Shown here in pieces: positions 37,801-51,600 of a DNA stretch of 64,000 bases. The stretch comes from Azolla caroliniana (lineage: Eukaryota > Plantae > Polypodiophyta), in contig JBHGNT010000022.1 of assembly GCA_043228905.1 (NCBI GenBank), positions 2,852,001 through 2,916,000 of the forward strand, written 5' to 3'. Positions within the stretch are counted from its first letter, which is position 1; each line of letters starts with the position of its first letter. Made by a program: the position numbers and the translations under genes. The notes below the pieces were generated by a model that had not been told where the DNA came from, did no database searches, and saw only the letters and a list, made by a program, of their open reading frames with translations.

Positions 37801-39131
37801 AAAATATCTACACTACTCTATGCATAAGCCCCCTCCCAAATCATTTTCAAAATTCTAGCTGAATTGCTGAAATGAAATGGTCCTATCTTTTCAAATGTTC
37901 TGTTCCCATTTTTTTGCAGATCCATCACCCACACTTGCAAAATCACCACAGACTGAGTTCAGATTTTCACATGATTCCCAAATCATGTGCTAATGATCAT
38001 GCATCCCAATGGATGTACTTATATTCATTCAGAAATATACACACACTTGCTTTAGCATATGGAAAGATGTGGAAGCTATACAGTTTTTGCATGATGGCCT
38101 AACAACGGAACACATACATTTTTTGTATGATAAAGACTAACAATGCAATAAGGTAGCACATGTCAGGCATCACATGCTGTACTAAAGACAGTTGCAGGTC
38201 TTCATAAAATGATCCATTTGAGCTAATTTTGTGGTATGTATATATATCAATAGCCATCGGAAATTCTCGAGTCCCTGGAATGTCTTAGGTCGTCAATCTC
38301 ACAGAAGTCGCAACTTTTTTCTAGCAAAAGTCTCCTCCATATGTGACGTCTGCGGAGTAGCAATTCTCCCGAAGATGATTATGGTTGGAAGGCAATATTC
38401 AAACTCCAATTCATCCAAATAGCCAACCACTCATTCGATGAGGCCTTTTCTCATTCCTCAGAAGAAGTAGCAAATCAATCATATTAGGCCATAACTTAAT
38501 GGCCTCAATCTAACAAGCCCAATCTCCATCATGCCAGGAAACATTCTGTTTAAAACAAAATAACTGCTCGTGATACAAAGCAACTTACTGGATATCTCAA
38601 CTAATAGTTTGTAGTCGCAATAGCTTCCAAACTTACTTTGTTAGAACACAAACGCACCCGTTTTAAGTCATTTTATTAACCACCTCATTCATCAGCTTCC
38701 ACCCATGAATCTGATTATAAACAACACCATTCATTGAATCTTGGTACGAATTTGCCAGCAAAAAAAAATCCTTGATTTCTCGTCATTCCTAAGCTTTTTA
38801 CAAAAGGAAACATAAAAAAGAAAATTTGCTTTTTGGGGAACATCTACTCAGGAAGCAAGGGATGCTTCAAAGGTGAAAAAAAAGCATGTAAAAAACAAGT
38901 TCTCGCCACTTCCAAGAAAGAAAGAAAAACTTGAGAGATATACTCACTCTTAAGGGTATAATGCCCATGTGATTCTTGCAAGAGAAATAAGAATTCAGTT
39001 TGAAGGGCAAGATGACAATGGCAATAAAGCTTTATGTTGTTAATGTCATAAGCTATGGCATGGAGATATAACAGTTGATTTCCATTAAAGTATAAGAATC
39101 TGAGAACCCTTAATATTTCATTATGAGCTTC

Positions 39132-42100
39132 TCATAAAGTTATGACCTTTTCTTGTTTTGTTTCGCCTCTAGTTTTCATTATAGTGATGGTACCTTTGCC
39201 CTCTGTATAGATCCTTGTTAGAGCAAGCACCGATTTTCCTGACAAAGGAGAAGGCAAAGTGCTTTTGTACTCTCTAGAAGTAGTTCTTGATGTCAATGGT
39301 TCCCTGTTTATTCGCTTATTAATATCATGTCGAGTAAGATCTCCTTGTATTGCACTCGGTTTTAGCAATGCAAATGGATAAGCTAACACTGGATTGTAAC
39401 TTTCTTTTAGAACATGCCTTTGCCCAAGTTCAGAGGGTTCTACAATCAGCTTCCCTGTAATTAAATTAGAACAGTTTATTGGGCAAGCAAATTAGAGTGT
39501 AATGGGTATCTATCGAAGTGAGAGAACGCATGTACGAACCAGAAGTGTTTGATGATTTGTGTGTCAACATTGTTAAAGAAACAGCCCCACCTGTTTCTGG
39601 CTTTTTCTTCAAAATATCACCTACACCCCACAATAGAGAAAACATGTAAGATGTTTGGAATTCAGCAATTCTCATGTGTTTTGTTGGTGAATTTTTTATG
39701 GCAGTTTTCTTTCTTTGTTTCTACAAGCACAAAAATAAAGATTGTAACAATCAGTAGTTCATGGAAGTCTTCTACTATTGAAACTCGATGAAATAAATAC
39801 CTTTTACTCTTGTCAGTAAGGACTTGGAAGCTGAAAGTTTCCTGGACCATCACAAGTGAATCAATTCTAAGTTCCCATGGCTTCTATCTTTGTAAGGAAC
39901 TAGTGATGTAGGTTCAGATAATTGAGAAAACATACAATTGGAATGTAAACTTTCAACTCACAAAGGATGGCGAATATGATCATGGAACAGTTCTTGAACA
40001 TCACTCGTCTCACTCTCACTAAAGCATCCTTCCATCTTACTCCCTGTAGAATGATCTACTGTATCTTCAATGGAACTAAGTGACTCCTCTGGATATATGA
40101 ACATGTTCATAACATACAAATAAATTAGCAAAAGAATGCACTGCAACATATATACAGCAAACAGCAAGAAAGAGAAGGTTGAAAGCTATGTCAAAGTTTG
40201 AGCCTCACCAGTAGACATGAGCCATGTAGAAGACACACCAATGGCTTGGAAATTGTTACATTCCTCAATTAAGGAGTTGGTGCGATCCTGATGAATTCAC
40301 ATCAATTTTCTTTGCTATACTTAGAGAATAATAGAAAGAATTCCTAGAATATCCACATAAGCCATAAAATTACTTAAAAGATTCATCAGATGTTTACCCA
40401 TGTAAGGTCTCAAGACACAAACCAACTTATAAAATCCAACAAAAGATATCATACATGAATTCCTGATAAGGTCAATAATGAGATAAATTTTCATGTTAAA
40501 CTAAAGTCTCAAGGCGCAATCCAACATAATTATCCGACAAACGAAATCACTCAAAAGCTTCTTTCTGATATGATCTGCAATAACTAGTAATATCTAGAAC
40601 ATAAAAAGTCATCAGATATTTACAATGCCTTATCCCTACAGAAAACTCACAAAGAAAATGAAATGTAGGTTCTTCATACAGTAGGTAACGATATATATTT
40701 TCCAACTAATCTAAATTAATTACTGAAAGATTCGATACATTTATAATTTGGCCGGCCTCAAGAAACCATTCAGAAAGAAAATATACATCCTGATAAAGAG
40801 GAAAATGGGACACCTTACAAAAACGCATCAAAAAACAGTAATGCTTACCTCATGATGTTCAATCAGAAGGGAGCTCATATCAATGATATCATCTCTATTA
40901 GACTGCATAATACGTCTCCTCTTCAAAGGAGATGGGTTGCAGTCAGGCATGATCTCCCAGGATGAAGAAGAAGGGGTCTGTTGAGCAGAATCTAGAAAAT
41001 ACAAACAATTAATAAAACACTGTTAAGTATAAGATATCGAACCGTACAAGTGGAAGATATCAACCACTGTACTCAACAGTTAATCTTTGGAATATGATAA
41101 TCGATCGAACAGTATAAGGAAGAATCATCAATCCATACAATATAATCTATATAATTATGATAATTGATCAAACGGTACCCACAGATTAGAATGTACAAAA
41201 TACAAAAATTACTCAAACAGTGAAACTAAGAATAACATCAAAACCTTAGAGAAACATGTATGGAGACCCGTGGATTTAATATCACAAAGCTTATTCCAAC
41301 ATTGTAGCTTCTAGATGAATGTCAGTAGTTAAACAAATTGTTTCTCGACAGCGTTACCTGATTTTATAGATTCTTTGAGATGCAAAGAAGAGGAAGGAGT
41401 CAGAAACAAGTTTCGAACCACAGCTTCACTTTGAGAAAAATCGTCATCCCACACAGAATTTGACATGGCTGCAAAATTATAGCATTTAGCAACAATCCTT
41501 CCATTAGTTCAGAATAAAACTGTACGCCCATGACTTTATCTTTCCTTAATTCATCAAAACCAGATGCTTAAATCCCTACAGCTCTATCTCAACAGTATAT
41601 ATTCAATGTTTCTCTGGTGAAGCCTTGCAAGGGAAGAGGCATACATCGACAAATCCTTACATGAACAGATCAAGATTTACCTCAAGCAGAAAATATTTCA
41701 CATCCCTGAATCTTCTAGCTAGTGTTAGGGCAACAACATAGAATGAGATAGAGAGAATAAGAGAACAAATATGATGGCCAGGAGACAGCAGAAATCCTGA
41801 GATAATAAGACTAATACACAGATATTGATGGCTACATTCAACACAGCATTATATCATAATACAAAAAACAGAACTATGGGTCTCAGGTTTTCTTTTTCCT
41901 TAGAAAGATTGATGCTCAGCTCTCAGAAAAAAGACTTTCAAGCAAGAACTCGGTGATGAGTCCTGACATAACCATCTGAGACGGCAAAAGCTTTCGTTAT
42001 ACCTGATCAAATTTCCAAAACCAATCGTTTTCAAGAACACCGTTTGCACGATTAAGTTTCGGAATCAAGCTATATCAAGCAAGAACACAGTGATTGAATC

Positions 42101-43032
42101 TTTTACAGCAAGATCTCAGAGATGGAAAGACTGTTCATACGCATCAGTGTTTAAATCTTCACATGGCCATCTTAGAGATGGAAAGATTGCTCACGTTTTA
42201 CCAGATAAAAAGGCTTCAGAATTAGTCTTACCACAACAATGTTACAAATCATTACATGCTCATGTCATAGATGGAAAGATTGTTCATTATTTCTCAAATG
42301 GAGAAGCTTCAGAAGGAAGCTACACACTGTTGGAATCAATCTTTACGTTGAGATCAGACACAAGGAAAGGATTGGTCACATTATATCAGACGAAAAAAGC
42401 TTCTTAAGCAACCCACAGTGTGATGAATCCTCAGATCAAGAGAAGGAAGAAATCGCTCTCAAGAAAGCTTCAGGACGATAAATTGCTCTCAAGAAAATCA
42501 CACAGTATGTGACTCCTTACACGACAGCATTATTGAAATCTGAAGAAGGTCAGCAGCAGTCTTTGATACGCATTTCACCTGATGAAGCTTCCGAATGAAG
42601 CACAGAGAAAAGATATATAAACAATCTAAAAAAAAAAGGAATGATTTGATTTTGTTTTTTGTTTTTTGTTTTTTCTGTTGTTGTTTGCATCATGAAAGCT
42701 CCACCATTAACTTAAACGAAGAAAAGCCATCAAACAATTGGAATGGCTTCTTGTCTGCTTCTTGTTCTTTTCTTTGTATGATTGTTCCTGATTGAGCTAA
42801 AGAATGAAGCTTCATCAAACCTAAATCAAGAAAACCTGTCCTAAAATTGGAAGCTTTTTTTTGTTCCTCTTTGCCCGCACCTCAAACAAGAAGAGCATCT
42901 ACAAAAGGAAAGATTTTCGTCCTCTTTTTTGTTTGCGTCGTTTGTTTTGGCATTACCTGATGGAGCTTCAGAGTCGAGTCTAAGAACTTCATCTAGCCAT
43001 GTCCAAGAATCCTTCAGCGCCTCGTCTTCCAT
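39132..43032 (-). CDS. XRI1: XRI1-like protein (X-ray induced transcript 1 family), predicted 7 exons, ~299 aa
   Basis: GT-AG exons 43032-42957, 41468-41358, 40991-40849, 40287-40209, 40088-39962, 39841-39801 and 39454-39132 join in frame (900 nt). Contains the KRRRIMQ motif and the C-terminal AYPFALLKPS..GDLT..DINKRI...SGKSVLALTRIYTEGKGTITIMKTRG typical of XRI1. Confidence 0.8.
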
Positions 43033-43239
43033 GGAAACAAGACCCTGTATGCGATATCTGATCTGATCTGATCTAGACTAAGCTGTCATAAGAAGTCATG
43101 GAAACAAAGATGGTGACATTGAATGAAATCTTTCAGTCTTTAAAAGAAGCGGCCAGCGAGCAGAGGTAAAGAAAGGATTAGGCAGATCTGAGATGCTAGA
43201 AGGAAGGAAGAGAATTAGAGAAAGAATGGTGTGCGAGGA

Positions 43240-44285
43240 GAAGAAGAAGAAGAAGAAGAAGAAGAAGAAGAAGAAAGCGTCTGGGCGATGGTATTATCAG
43301 GAGAAGAATGAGAGTGTGGAGGAGGAGATGGAAGGAAGGATGGAAGGATGGAAGAAGATGAAGGGAAGAAACAGAAGAAGAAACAGTGGGGGGGGAGTAA
43401 AGGCTGTATGGAGAAGACGAATGGAAGGAACTGTTTGGGCAATGCTGTGAAGAAGAAGAAGAAGAAGAAGAAGAAGAAGAAGAAGAATGACTGTTATGGG
43501 CGTGGGATGAGAAGAATGAATGAACGAATGAACGAATGAACGAATGAATGGAATGAAAGAAATCAATGGAATGAATGAATGAATGAATGAATGAATGAAG
43601 AAGGAACAGGAGAATGACGAATGAATGGATGAAGAATGAAGAAGGAACAGAGGAAATGCAGACAGAAAAGCAGAGAAGATGAAGAAGAAGAAGAAGAAGA
43701 AGAAGAAGAAGGAATTGGATTACACAGAACCCAATGAATGGATTAATAAATAAATAAATTACTGGTGCCTCTTTATTAATTAACTACACACAGAGACAGA
43801 GAGACAGAGAAAGACTCTGAAGAGACTGAAGAAGAAGAAGAAGAAGAAGAAGAAGAGGCTGCTGCCATTGCCATTATGATGATGATGTCTTCTCTGTATG
43901 TATGTATGTATTTGTAATTTGTATGTATTTGTATATATGTATTTGTATGTATTTGTATGTATGTATTTGTATGTATGTATGTATGTATGTATGTATGTAT
44001 TTGTATGTATATTGTGTGTGTGTGTGTATGTAAATGTATATATGTTATGTATGTATATGTATGCAATTTTTGTATGTATGTACATGTATGTGTGTGTGTG
44101 TGGGAGGGCCACTACAAGCATGTATGTATGTATGTATGTATGTATGTATGTATGTATGTATGTATTTGTATGTATATTGTGTGTGTGTGTGTGTAAATGT
44201 ATGTATGTTATGTATGTATATGTATGCAATTTTTGTATGTATGTACATGTGTGTGTGTGTGTGTGGGAGGGCCACTAGCAGCACT
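43240..44285. repeat. Compound microsatellite field (GAA)n, (ATGA)n, (TATG)n, (TG)n with a ~165-bp higher-order duplication
   Basis: Seen directly; the duplicated unit ends GTGTGGGAGGGCCACTA at ~44114 and ~44277. Confidence 0.9.
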
Positions 44286-46234
44286 AGATATGGCTTTCTT
44301 TAGGGTTATTGGCCATTGCATATGATATACCACAATAATTGTGGTCGGATAATTACGTCACACCTATGATCTATGGAACATGCAGTTTTAACACCCGACT
44401 CCGTATATACTTCGAGTTACTTCCATTAGTGTCCATGCAGTTTTTAGTGAAGAAGCAAGGAGGTGCAACTATTATGGGATAGAGGATAGATTGAGTAGTA
44501 GTATTACTCTATACTACACCTAGAAAAGGCCTGTTGCTCTCTCTTTTTTCATCAAGTGAGAGCCTCGCCAGTTTAATTGGTACGTAATATTTGGTTGGTC
44601 ATGGTTCATACTTGAAAGGGACAATGGTGATTGTATTATTAGAGATTCTGAAGGTAAAGTTGCTCGGCATCATCAGTTTCTCTTACTCCGTGGAAAGCTA
44701 CTCCACTTATGTGCTCAACGGATGGCAATATTTTTTGTCACTTTCAACCACCAATATGCTTGTTCCCTCCGCCAATCACTTAAGGATCGTGCTTACGTTA
44801 ATGCATGGATATCGTTTGTTTAAACCATAAATAAAAATGGCATCACAATTGAACATGACATTGCCGATTGCCTCAAATCTACCATGCCATTGACAGACAG
44901 TTGCTTTTCAACCCACCTACCACAAACAGAAGCTACTGATATGCCCAACCATAGATTGCCAATATATTGCCGCAAATGTTGGATGTGAGCCCCAAGAGAA
45001 TCATAACAACTTTCGCGGAGTCTTTACATAGCTTCGCACTCAATCAATCACACAACCTAAGTTATATAACGTGTTTAACCTAGTGATATGCCGCACAAAT
45101 AAGCTGAGGTGGGAGCACGTGGAAAGACCCCACAAATACTTGTGTGAATGAAGAAGGCATGTATAGGGACCTAGCAACTCCTAGATACAACTCCAACCCC
45201 TTAGGAGTCAATCGTGAATGTACGCCTACCTCTAGTGTTTTGATCCCTAATCACATAAAAAACGCGTACTTATAGGTAGGCTTGTAATGGGTGGATCCTA
45301 TGGAGGTGTTGGTTGATGCTACTCCTGCAATACATCAATGATGTGCGGGTCCTTAGCCATCTAACCTAAGCTTAACTTCTTCCATAGTGACAAAGTCATA
45401 TGTCTTTCGAGTTTGAGGCCTTCGTAGCCATGCAACCTTTTCCATAGGCAAATTGACCAACCCCTTTAAGCTTGCTCAATTAAAAAAAACTAAGGTTTAC
45501 AAAGTTGGACACATTTGGCACATTAAATTATGCAATAGGTGATTGAGGTGTACTATCAATTTTTGTGAATGTCTCCACAATTTTGTATTTCTTTTGTTCA
45601 ATGGGCATGCAAGTATGATAAAACAAAGTGATTGGCATGCATTATGGATTCATAGTCAAAATATCGAGGCTCGAGTCCGAAACAAGCCCTTCAAAATACA
45701 TCCTCCATGAAGTGGCCGTTTTTTTATAATCATGGAAGCCATACTTCCTCATCAAATAACAATGAATATGCAAATTTTGTTGCTAATTGAGCCCGAAAAG
45801 GATGCATGTGTTGGAAATGCGAGATCCCGAAATGTTGTCCCAACAATGCGTGGGATGAAAAGAAACAAAAGATTGCCACATAACACGATTATTATTGTCC
45901 TGCAAGTGTAGCTTCTTGAAATTTGTGAGACAAGGGGCATGCCTAGAGCGAGAGTTGAGAGATGAAATTAGCGCTAAAATAAAAGCAATAAACACTGGTT
46001 ACTAAGTTTGTGCTGATGCCAAATGCACATGGAAAGTAACAAATGCGCGATAGTTTATACAAATTGAATGACACACAAAATGAGATGGGCAGTGTATGAT
46101 TTGGCATTCCTATTTCCATAACATGACAACCTCAAGTGCATTGAACACCACTCAATGCCATGCGTTTCTTCTTAAATGCACCCCTTTATAATAAAAAAGA
46201 AAGATTAAATCAACTATGTTTACAATGTAATTCC

Positions 46235-46528
46235 CTAAGTGTTATGTTGGAAGTCGAACAAACTTCGATTACTTCATTACTTGGGTATGTTTGTTTTCAT
46301 ACTTATAACCCCTAGATCCTTGTCACATAATAGTCGTAATCACAATTTGGAGTTACTTGACCATCAACAATATCTAATTCTCTAAGTGTTACGTTGGAAG
46401 TCGAACGAACTTCAATTACTTCGTTACTTGGGTATGTTTGTTTTCATACTTATAAGCTATAACCCCTAGATCCTTATCACATAATAGTCGTAATCACAAT
46501 TTGGAGTTACTTGACCCTCAACAATATC
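46235..46528. repeat. Tandem duplication, ~147-bp unit x2
   Basis: CTAAGTGTTA(T/C)GTTGGAAGTCGAAC...CAACAATATC occurs at ~46235 and ~46382. Confidence 0.9.
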
Positions 46529-47779
46529 ATGTGTATATGCTTGTATGGATAAGGTTGAGGTCTCCCTAGTTTAATGTAGATCTGTCAACACATAAGAGAA
46601 CAAATATTATATTTCTAAACCCTACACCCATATTGACTACATGAAGCTAGAAAGCACAAACCATGCATGTGGCCATGCAATAGTTATGATTTGTATACAT
46701 CCCTATTCATTTGCATGTTGACTACCGATATTTTTAAGTTTATCCACTATTACCCAAATACATTCATGACATGCATGGCTTGTATGTGCAATTAAATCCA
46801 TTAAAATGCTTTTCAATTGCCATATGAAATTTCCAAAGGCTATAGTAACCTACCTAGCTTGAGTATCCAACTTCAAATCAAACATTTGAGTAGATACTCA
46901 TAAACATCCATTTTATACAAATATGACCTACCAAATTGTCGATGCATGTGGACGTACATTAATTCGTACGCCCCAAACGTGTCGAGGTTGAGTTATCTTG
47001 ACACCCACAAAGGACATGGTGTTGAGTGTTTGGGATTTGGGCACAAACTATTGCTTTATGAAGTTAACCCATTTTCAATGTCACAATGCTTCCACAATAT
47101 ATGTTCCTATAAGGACATGTGTACAATGTATAGTAAAGGAAGAATGAAGTGTGTGCACATTATTATTGCTATGTGTAATGAAAATACTTATGCCCTTTTC
47201 TCTTGTACAATATGCCACATTGTATTCTATAATGTATCATTATTGCAATGCTTGTGTAATATGTCAATAAGATTGCTTGTAATATGAGTAAATAAAACAT
47301 CATGAACTTAAGGCATATGACTTAGAGTGCACTGGCAACAACATTATATTGGCTCTTCAAATAAGGTATATGATTAAATTGAAGAAGTGTTTCAACCCAT
47401 GTAGATATAAGACATTTCAAGTCCATTGTTTGACAAAACACTTAATTTCTTCATGGTGAAACAAAACAGAATATCATAGTAAAATAACGTTTAATGGCAT
47501 ATAACTCACAATCTTATATTGAATATAAATCATTAAGAGATTCTTTATGATGGCAAATAACTCATGCCTTACATAAAATATTTTGCTAGGTTGCATTCAT
47601 ATTTTTCACTTCGAAGGCAATAAATCTCCCATCTTAGATTAAAACAACCCCTATAGCATTTGCCCCTAACATGAATAACCAATTGGGGTACAAAATAGGC
47701 AAAAAAGAGGAGTAATGGATATAACACCCTTAAGATTCTCAAAACAACCTTGTTGTGAATCGCCCTTGTTCTTCAATCT

Positions 47780-48640
47780 GTTAGTTATAGGCGTCATAGG
47801 AGCAATAATGAGAAGGCATGGCTACGTAAGGTCAGTTGGGACCCTTTGCAATGGATGTGGCGCGATCCTTATGCGGGTCAAGGAAGCAAAGCCATCCCTT
47901 TCTTCCAATTCGCGACTAGATTGGATCGCCACATTCTAACTGCTCAAACCACTCGAGCCCGCTGCAATGGTTTGGCACACATATCATGTTCCTCACACAA
48001 TTATCACCCAGTTTTGGCAGAAAATCTGGAATCAACATCACATGAGGCGAATTACGACGTTCCAATGGCTATTAATACATAAGGCACTACTAGTTGGAGC
48101 GTGGCAGCGTGGGAACCTTAGCTCTCCTAATTATGTAGCGTCCCCAAATGCAATAGAATCAATCTGACACGCTCTATAGGAATGCCCAAAAACCCATCGA
48201 ATATGGCGGGGGGTTGGCCGCCTATTGCAATTATGCCAAGTGCAAGGCACAATCAAGTGGGGAAATATATGTTGGTTATCATGGTAGGCCCTAGTTGACA
48301 AGTACGAGCATCAGGCGGAGGGGGTGACTTTGGTGATAAAAGCACAATATTTTTTTTTTCCACCATCGACAATATCCACTCAACTCCTATTACTTCCAAA
48401 TCTCAAGTTGTGTTGGAATTGGTCAGCTCAATAACTCTTTTGACTCTATCGAAACAACGGTGTAGATGGGTCTTGTCCAACCAAACAACATATCCAATAA
48501 TGTTAATGCAAGAGATATGGAGTGAAGTTGTAGCCACTCTAAATAGCCAATACAATGGTCGTCCTCTCCCTTTCTTGAGTCAGTGGTCATCCACATAAGA
48601 TGGAACTATCGCGTCCATACAGGGATTTGTATATAACATT
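47780..48640 (+). mobile_element. LINE (L1-like) ORF2 3' remnant (zf-RVT region)
   Basis: FWQKIWNQ...ITTFQWLLIHKALLVGAW...AIESI*HAL*ECPK is a degenerate zf-RVT; multiple stops. Confidence 0.65.
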
Positions 48641-48646
48641 CTCATC

Positions 48647-51600
48647 TTATGGAAGTATATGAAGAGATGCGGAAGAATATGTTTGAGGACCTTCGAGAGA
48701 TGTAGAGCAAACAACACATATGTAAAACAAAAAGACAGTCAAAAGGTAAACACAATTTTGAGCTTCAATGGAAGTTCTTATTCTCTTAGTCTGCAACTCT
48801 TACACTCCGAGAGTGTTTCTTTACAATGTTAGGCTTGAGCTTATATACTCAAGCCCTAGATAGAGGATGTGTTCACAATATGGATACAAAGTGGAAGGAG
48901 TCGGCTCATGTCAGATTTTGACTCTTGGCCTTGGGTCGATCGTCTACTTTCTACACTTGCTTGCTCTTGTGCTCCTCGATCTGTCAGCAGGTTCATTCGT
49001 CCCTTGATTGTTTCCTCCCCAGTTGGCATCCTCGCGCATTGCTACATCTGCAGCCTCTTGGCATTTCGATTCTTTTGACTTTGCCTTTTCGGCTAGTCCG
49101 ATCGTGCCAATATTTGGCTTACCTTCTACTCCTCGTTCGGCTTTCTTTTGCTCGGTCGCTTGTTGTAGTCCCATCATTGTCCTTAGTTCTCCGAAGCATT
49201 GTTCTGGGAGTGGCTTCGTCAGGCAATCAGCCATGTTCACCTCGGTGTCAATCTTTCGGATTTCGAGCTTCTTGTATGTTACAAGCTCAAGGATATGATG
49301 AAACCATACCTCAATGTGTTTTGTCTTCACATGATATATTGGATTTCAAATGAGGTGTATTGCGCTTTGAGAGTTGCAATAGATGGTCGGCACTGGATGA
49401 TCGATTCGTCTTGCCGCCGAAAAGTCAGCTAATAGTTGGTGTAGCCAGATGGCTTCCTTTACTACCTCCGATGTTGCTATGTACTCAGCCTCTGTGGTGG
49501 ACAAGGTCGTGTACTCTTGAAGCTTCAATCTCCATGATATTGTGCCGCCTCCATAGGTGAAAAGATAGCCTGATGTCGACTTCTGATTATCCGTGTTTTC
49601 GGCATAGTCGGAGTTGGTATAGCCTTCGACTTCGGTCGGATTTGCCGATCCGAAAGTCACATGTGCATCCTTGGTTCCTTTGAGGTACCTAAAGATGTGC
49701 TTGACGACCTCCCAATGCTTCCGTCCTAGGTTTGGCATGTACCGGTGGATGACTCCTACAACATATGTAAGGTTGGGTCGGGTCGCCACCATAGCTTACA
49801 TGATAATTCCTACGGCCGATGCATAGGGTATCTTCTTATTGAGCTCTCTCTCCCCATTCGTCGAAGGAGAGTCTCTGTCCAATAGTCGGACTGATGCCGG
49901 AAGCGGAGTTGATGCTGGCTTCGCATTCTCCATGTTGAAGTGCTTTAGCACCTTTTAGATGTAGTTGAACTGGGAGAGCCGAAGAGTCCTTGTCTTCCAA
50001 TTTTGCTCGATCCTCATGCCCAATATGTGTCAGGCTTGTCCTAGTTCCTTCATTGCGAACTTGTTGTGAAGGCTCCGCTTTAACTTTCCGATCTCTGCTC
50101 GATTGCTCCCTGCTACGAGCATGTCATTGACATATAGGATCAGATAGATCTAGGAATTGTCGACCAGTTGTCGAATATACATACATGGGTCAGAGTCTAA
50201 CCGGTGGTAGACAAGTTGCCTAAAGTAGGAGTTGAACTTCTTGTACCACATCTGAGGTGCTTGTCTTAAGCTGTAAAGGCTTTTCTTCAGTCGACATACG
50301 AGGTGACCTTCCTCTCTCGTCACCATGAAGCCTACCGATTGAGACATGTAGATGTCTTCTCCAAAATCTCCGTGTAGGAATGTCATCTTGACGTCCAACA
50401 ACTTGAGCTCTAGGTCTTCAGTCGCCACGACTCCAAGTAGGAGCCGAAGGGTGGTCATCTTGACTAGTGGTGAGAATATCTCGTCATAGTCGACCCCATG
50501 TTCTTGTTTGAATCCCTTTGAGACGAACCGAGCTTTGTATTTGGGTTTCTCTGAGTCAGATACATATTTGTATTTAAAGACCCATTTGCAAGGCAGCGGC
50601 TTCCTTCCGGCTGGTAGTTCAACCAGCTCCCATGTTTGGTTCTAATGAATAGAGTCCATCTCGGATTTCATGGTTTGTAGCCATGTGTCGGCGTCCGACG
50701 CGATTATAGCTTCTTCGTAAGAGCTTGGTTCACCTGCATCCGTGTAGTTGACAAAGTCTGGATCTCCTGGGTGCCTATTTTGTTGGTTCGATTTCTTCAA
50801 TCGGATCGGTCAATCGATTGGTATTGGTTGAACCATCTTCAAGAGTCCTGTTGGATGACTCGCCCCTGCAATAAGATTTTGACGATGTCGAGTCATCCTC
50901 CCCTTCTTCAGGATTGGTTGGTGCCTTTGTCGGTTCTGTGCGACCTTTCGGTGCCTTGGCTTGTTTGGGTGATTTGGTCATTTTGACTCTATCTCTTTCA
51001 TCTCTTGTCAATCTCTTAGTCAAATCTATTTCAACTAGTGAACCTCTTGCCGATTCGGGTTCAATAGAGTAATCGTTGTCTTGTCTTTCTTCGATTGTTT
51101 GTCGAATCGCCAATTCGGCCCGGTGGGTCAGTCCTTCTACGACATTTTTGTGGATTTCAAAGGAAACCTTTTTGTTGACTATTTTCTATTGGTTCCGCAC
51201 AAAGAGAATCAAGTCTTCATTGAAGACTACGTCACTACTCCGGATCCGTTTCCGGTTCTATGGGTCCCACAACCGATAGTCGAATTTCCCATCGGTTCCA
51301 TAGGCGAGAAATATAAACTTCAGTGCATGGGGTGCCAACTTGGACCTCTTCTCACTGGGGATGAATGCATGGGCTTCACAACCGAATATACGAAGTCTGT
51401 CATAGGTTAGTTGTTTGCTTGACCATAGTGCATGTCGCACTTCGAGCCGCACTGTCTTCGACGGTGATAAATTTATCAGGGAGACTGTCGTTTGTAGTGC
51501 CTCAACCCAGAATTCCAGCTTCAGTCCAGAGTGTTGGAGCATTGTCGTCACCCTCTCCTAGATCTCCTGGTTGATTCGTTCCGCCACACCATTTTGCATG

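Noticed and set aside
42090-42481. Plus-strand ORFs inside the first XRI1 intron
   Set aside because: Arise from short degenerate repeats (AGATGGAAAGA(C/T)TG..CA); no protein similarity recognised.
43193-44303. Poly-K/S and CMYV/THTY ORFs (also 2748-3033 and 23503-23808)
   Set aside because: Translations of microsatellites.
44300-46200. Possible DNA-transposon remnant (also Mutator-like motifs at ~25190-25330)
   Set aside because: No TIR pair, TSD or convincing transposase motif could be established by eye.
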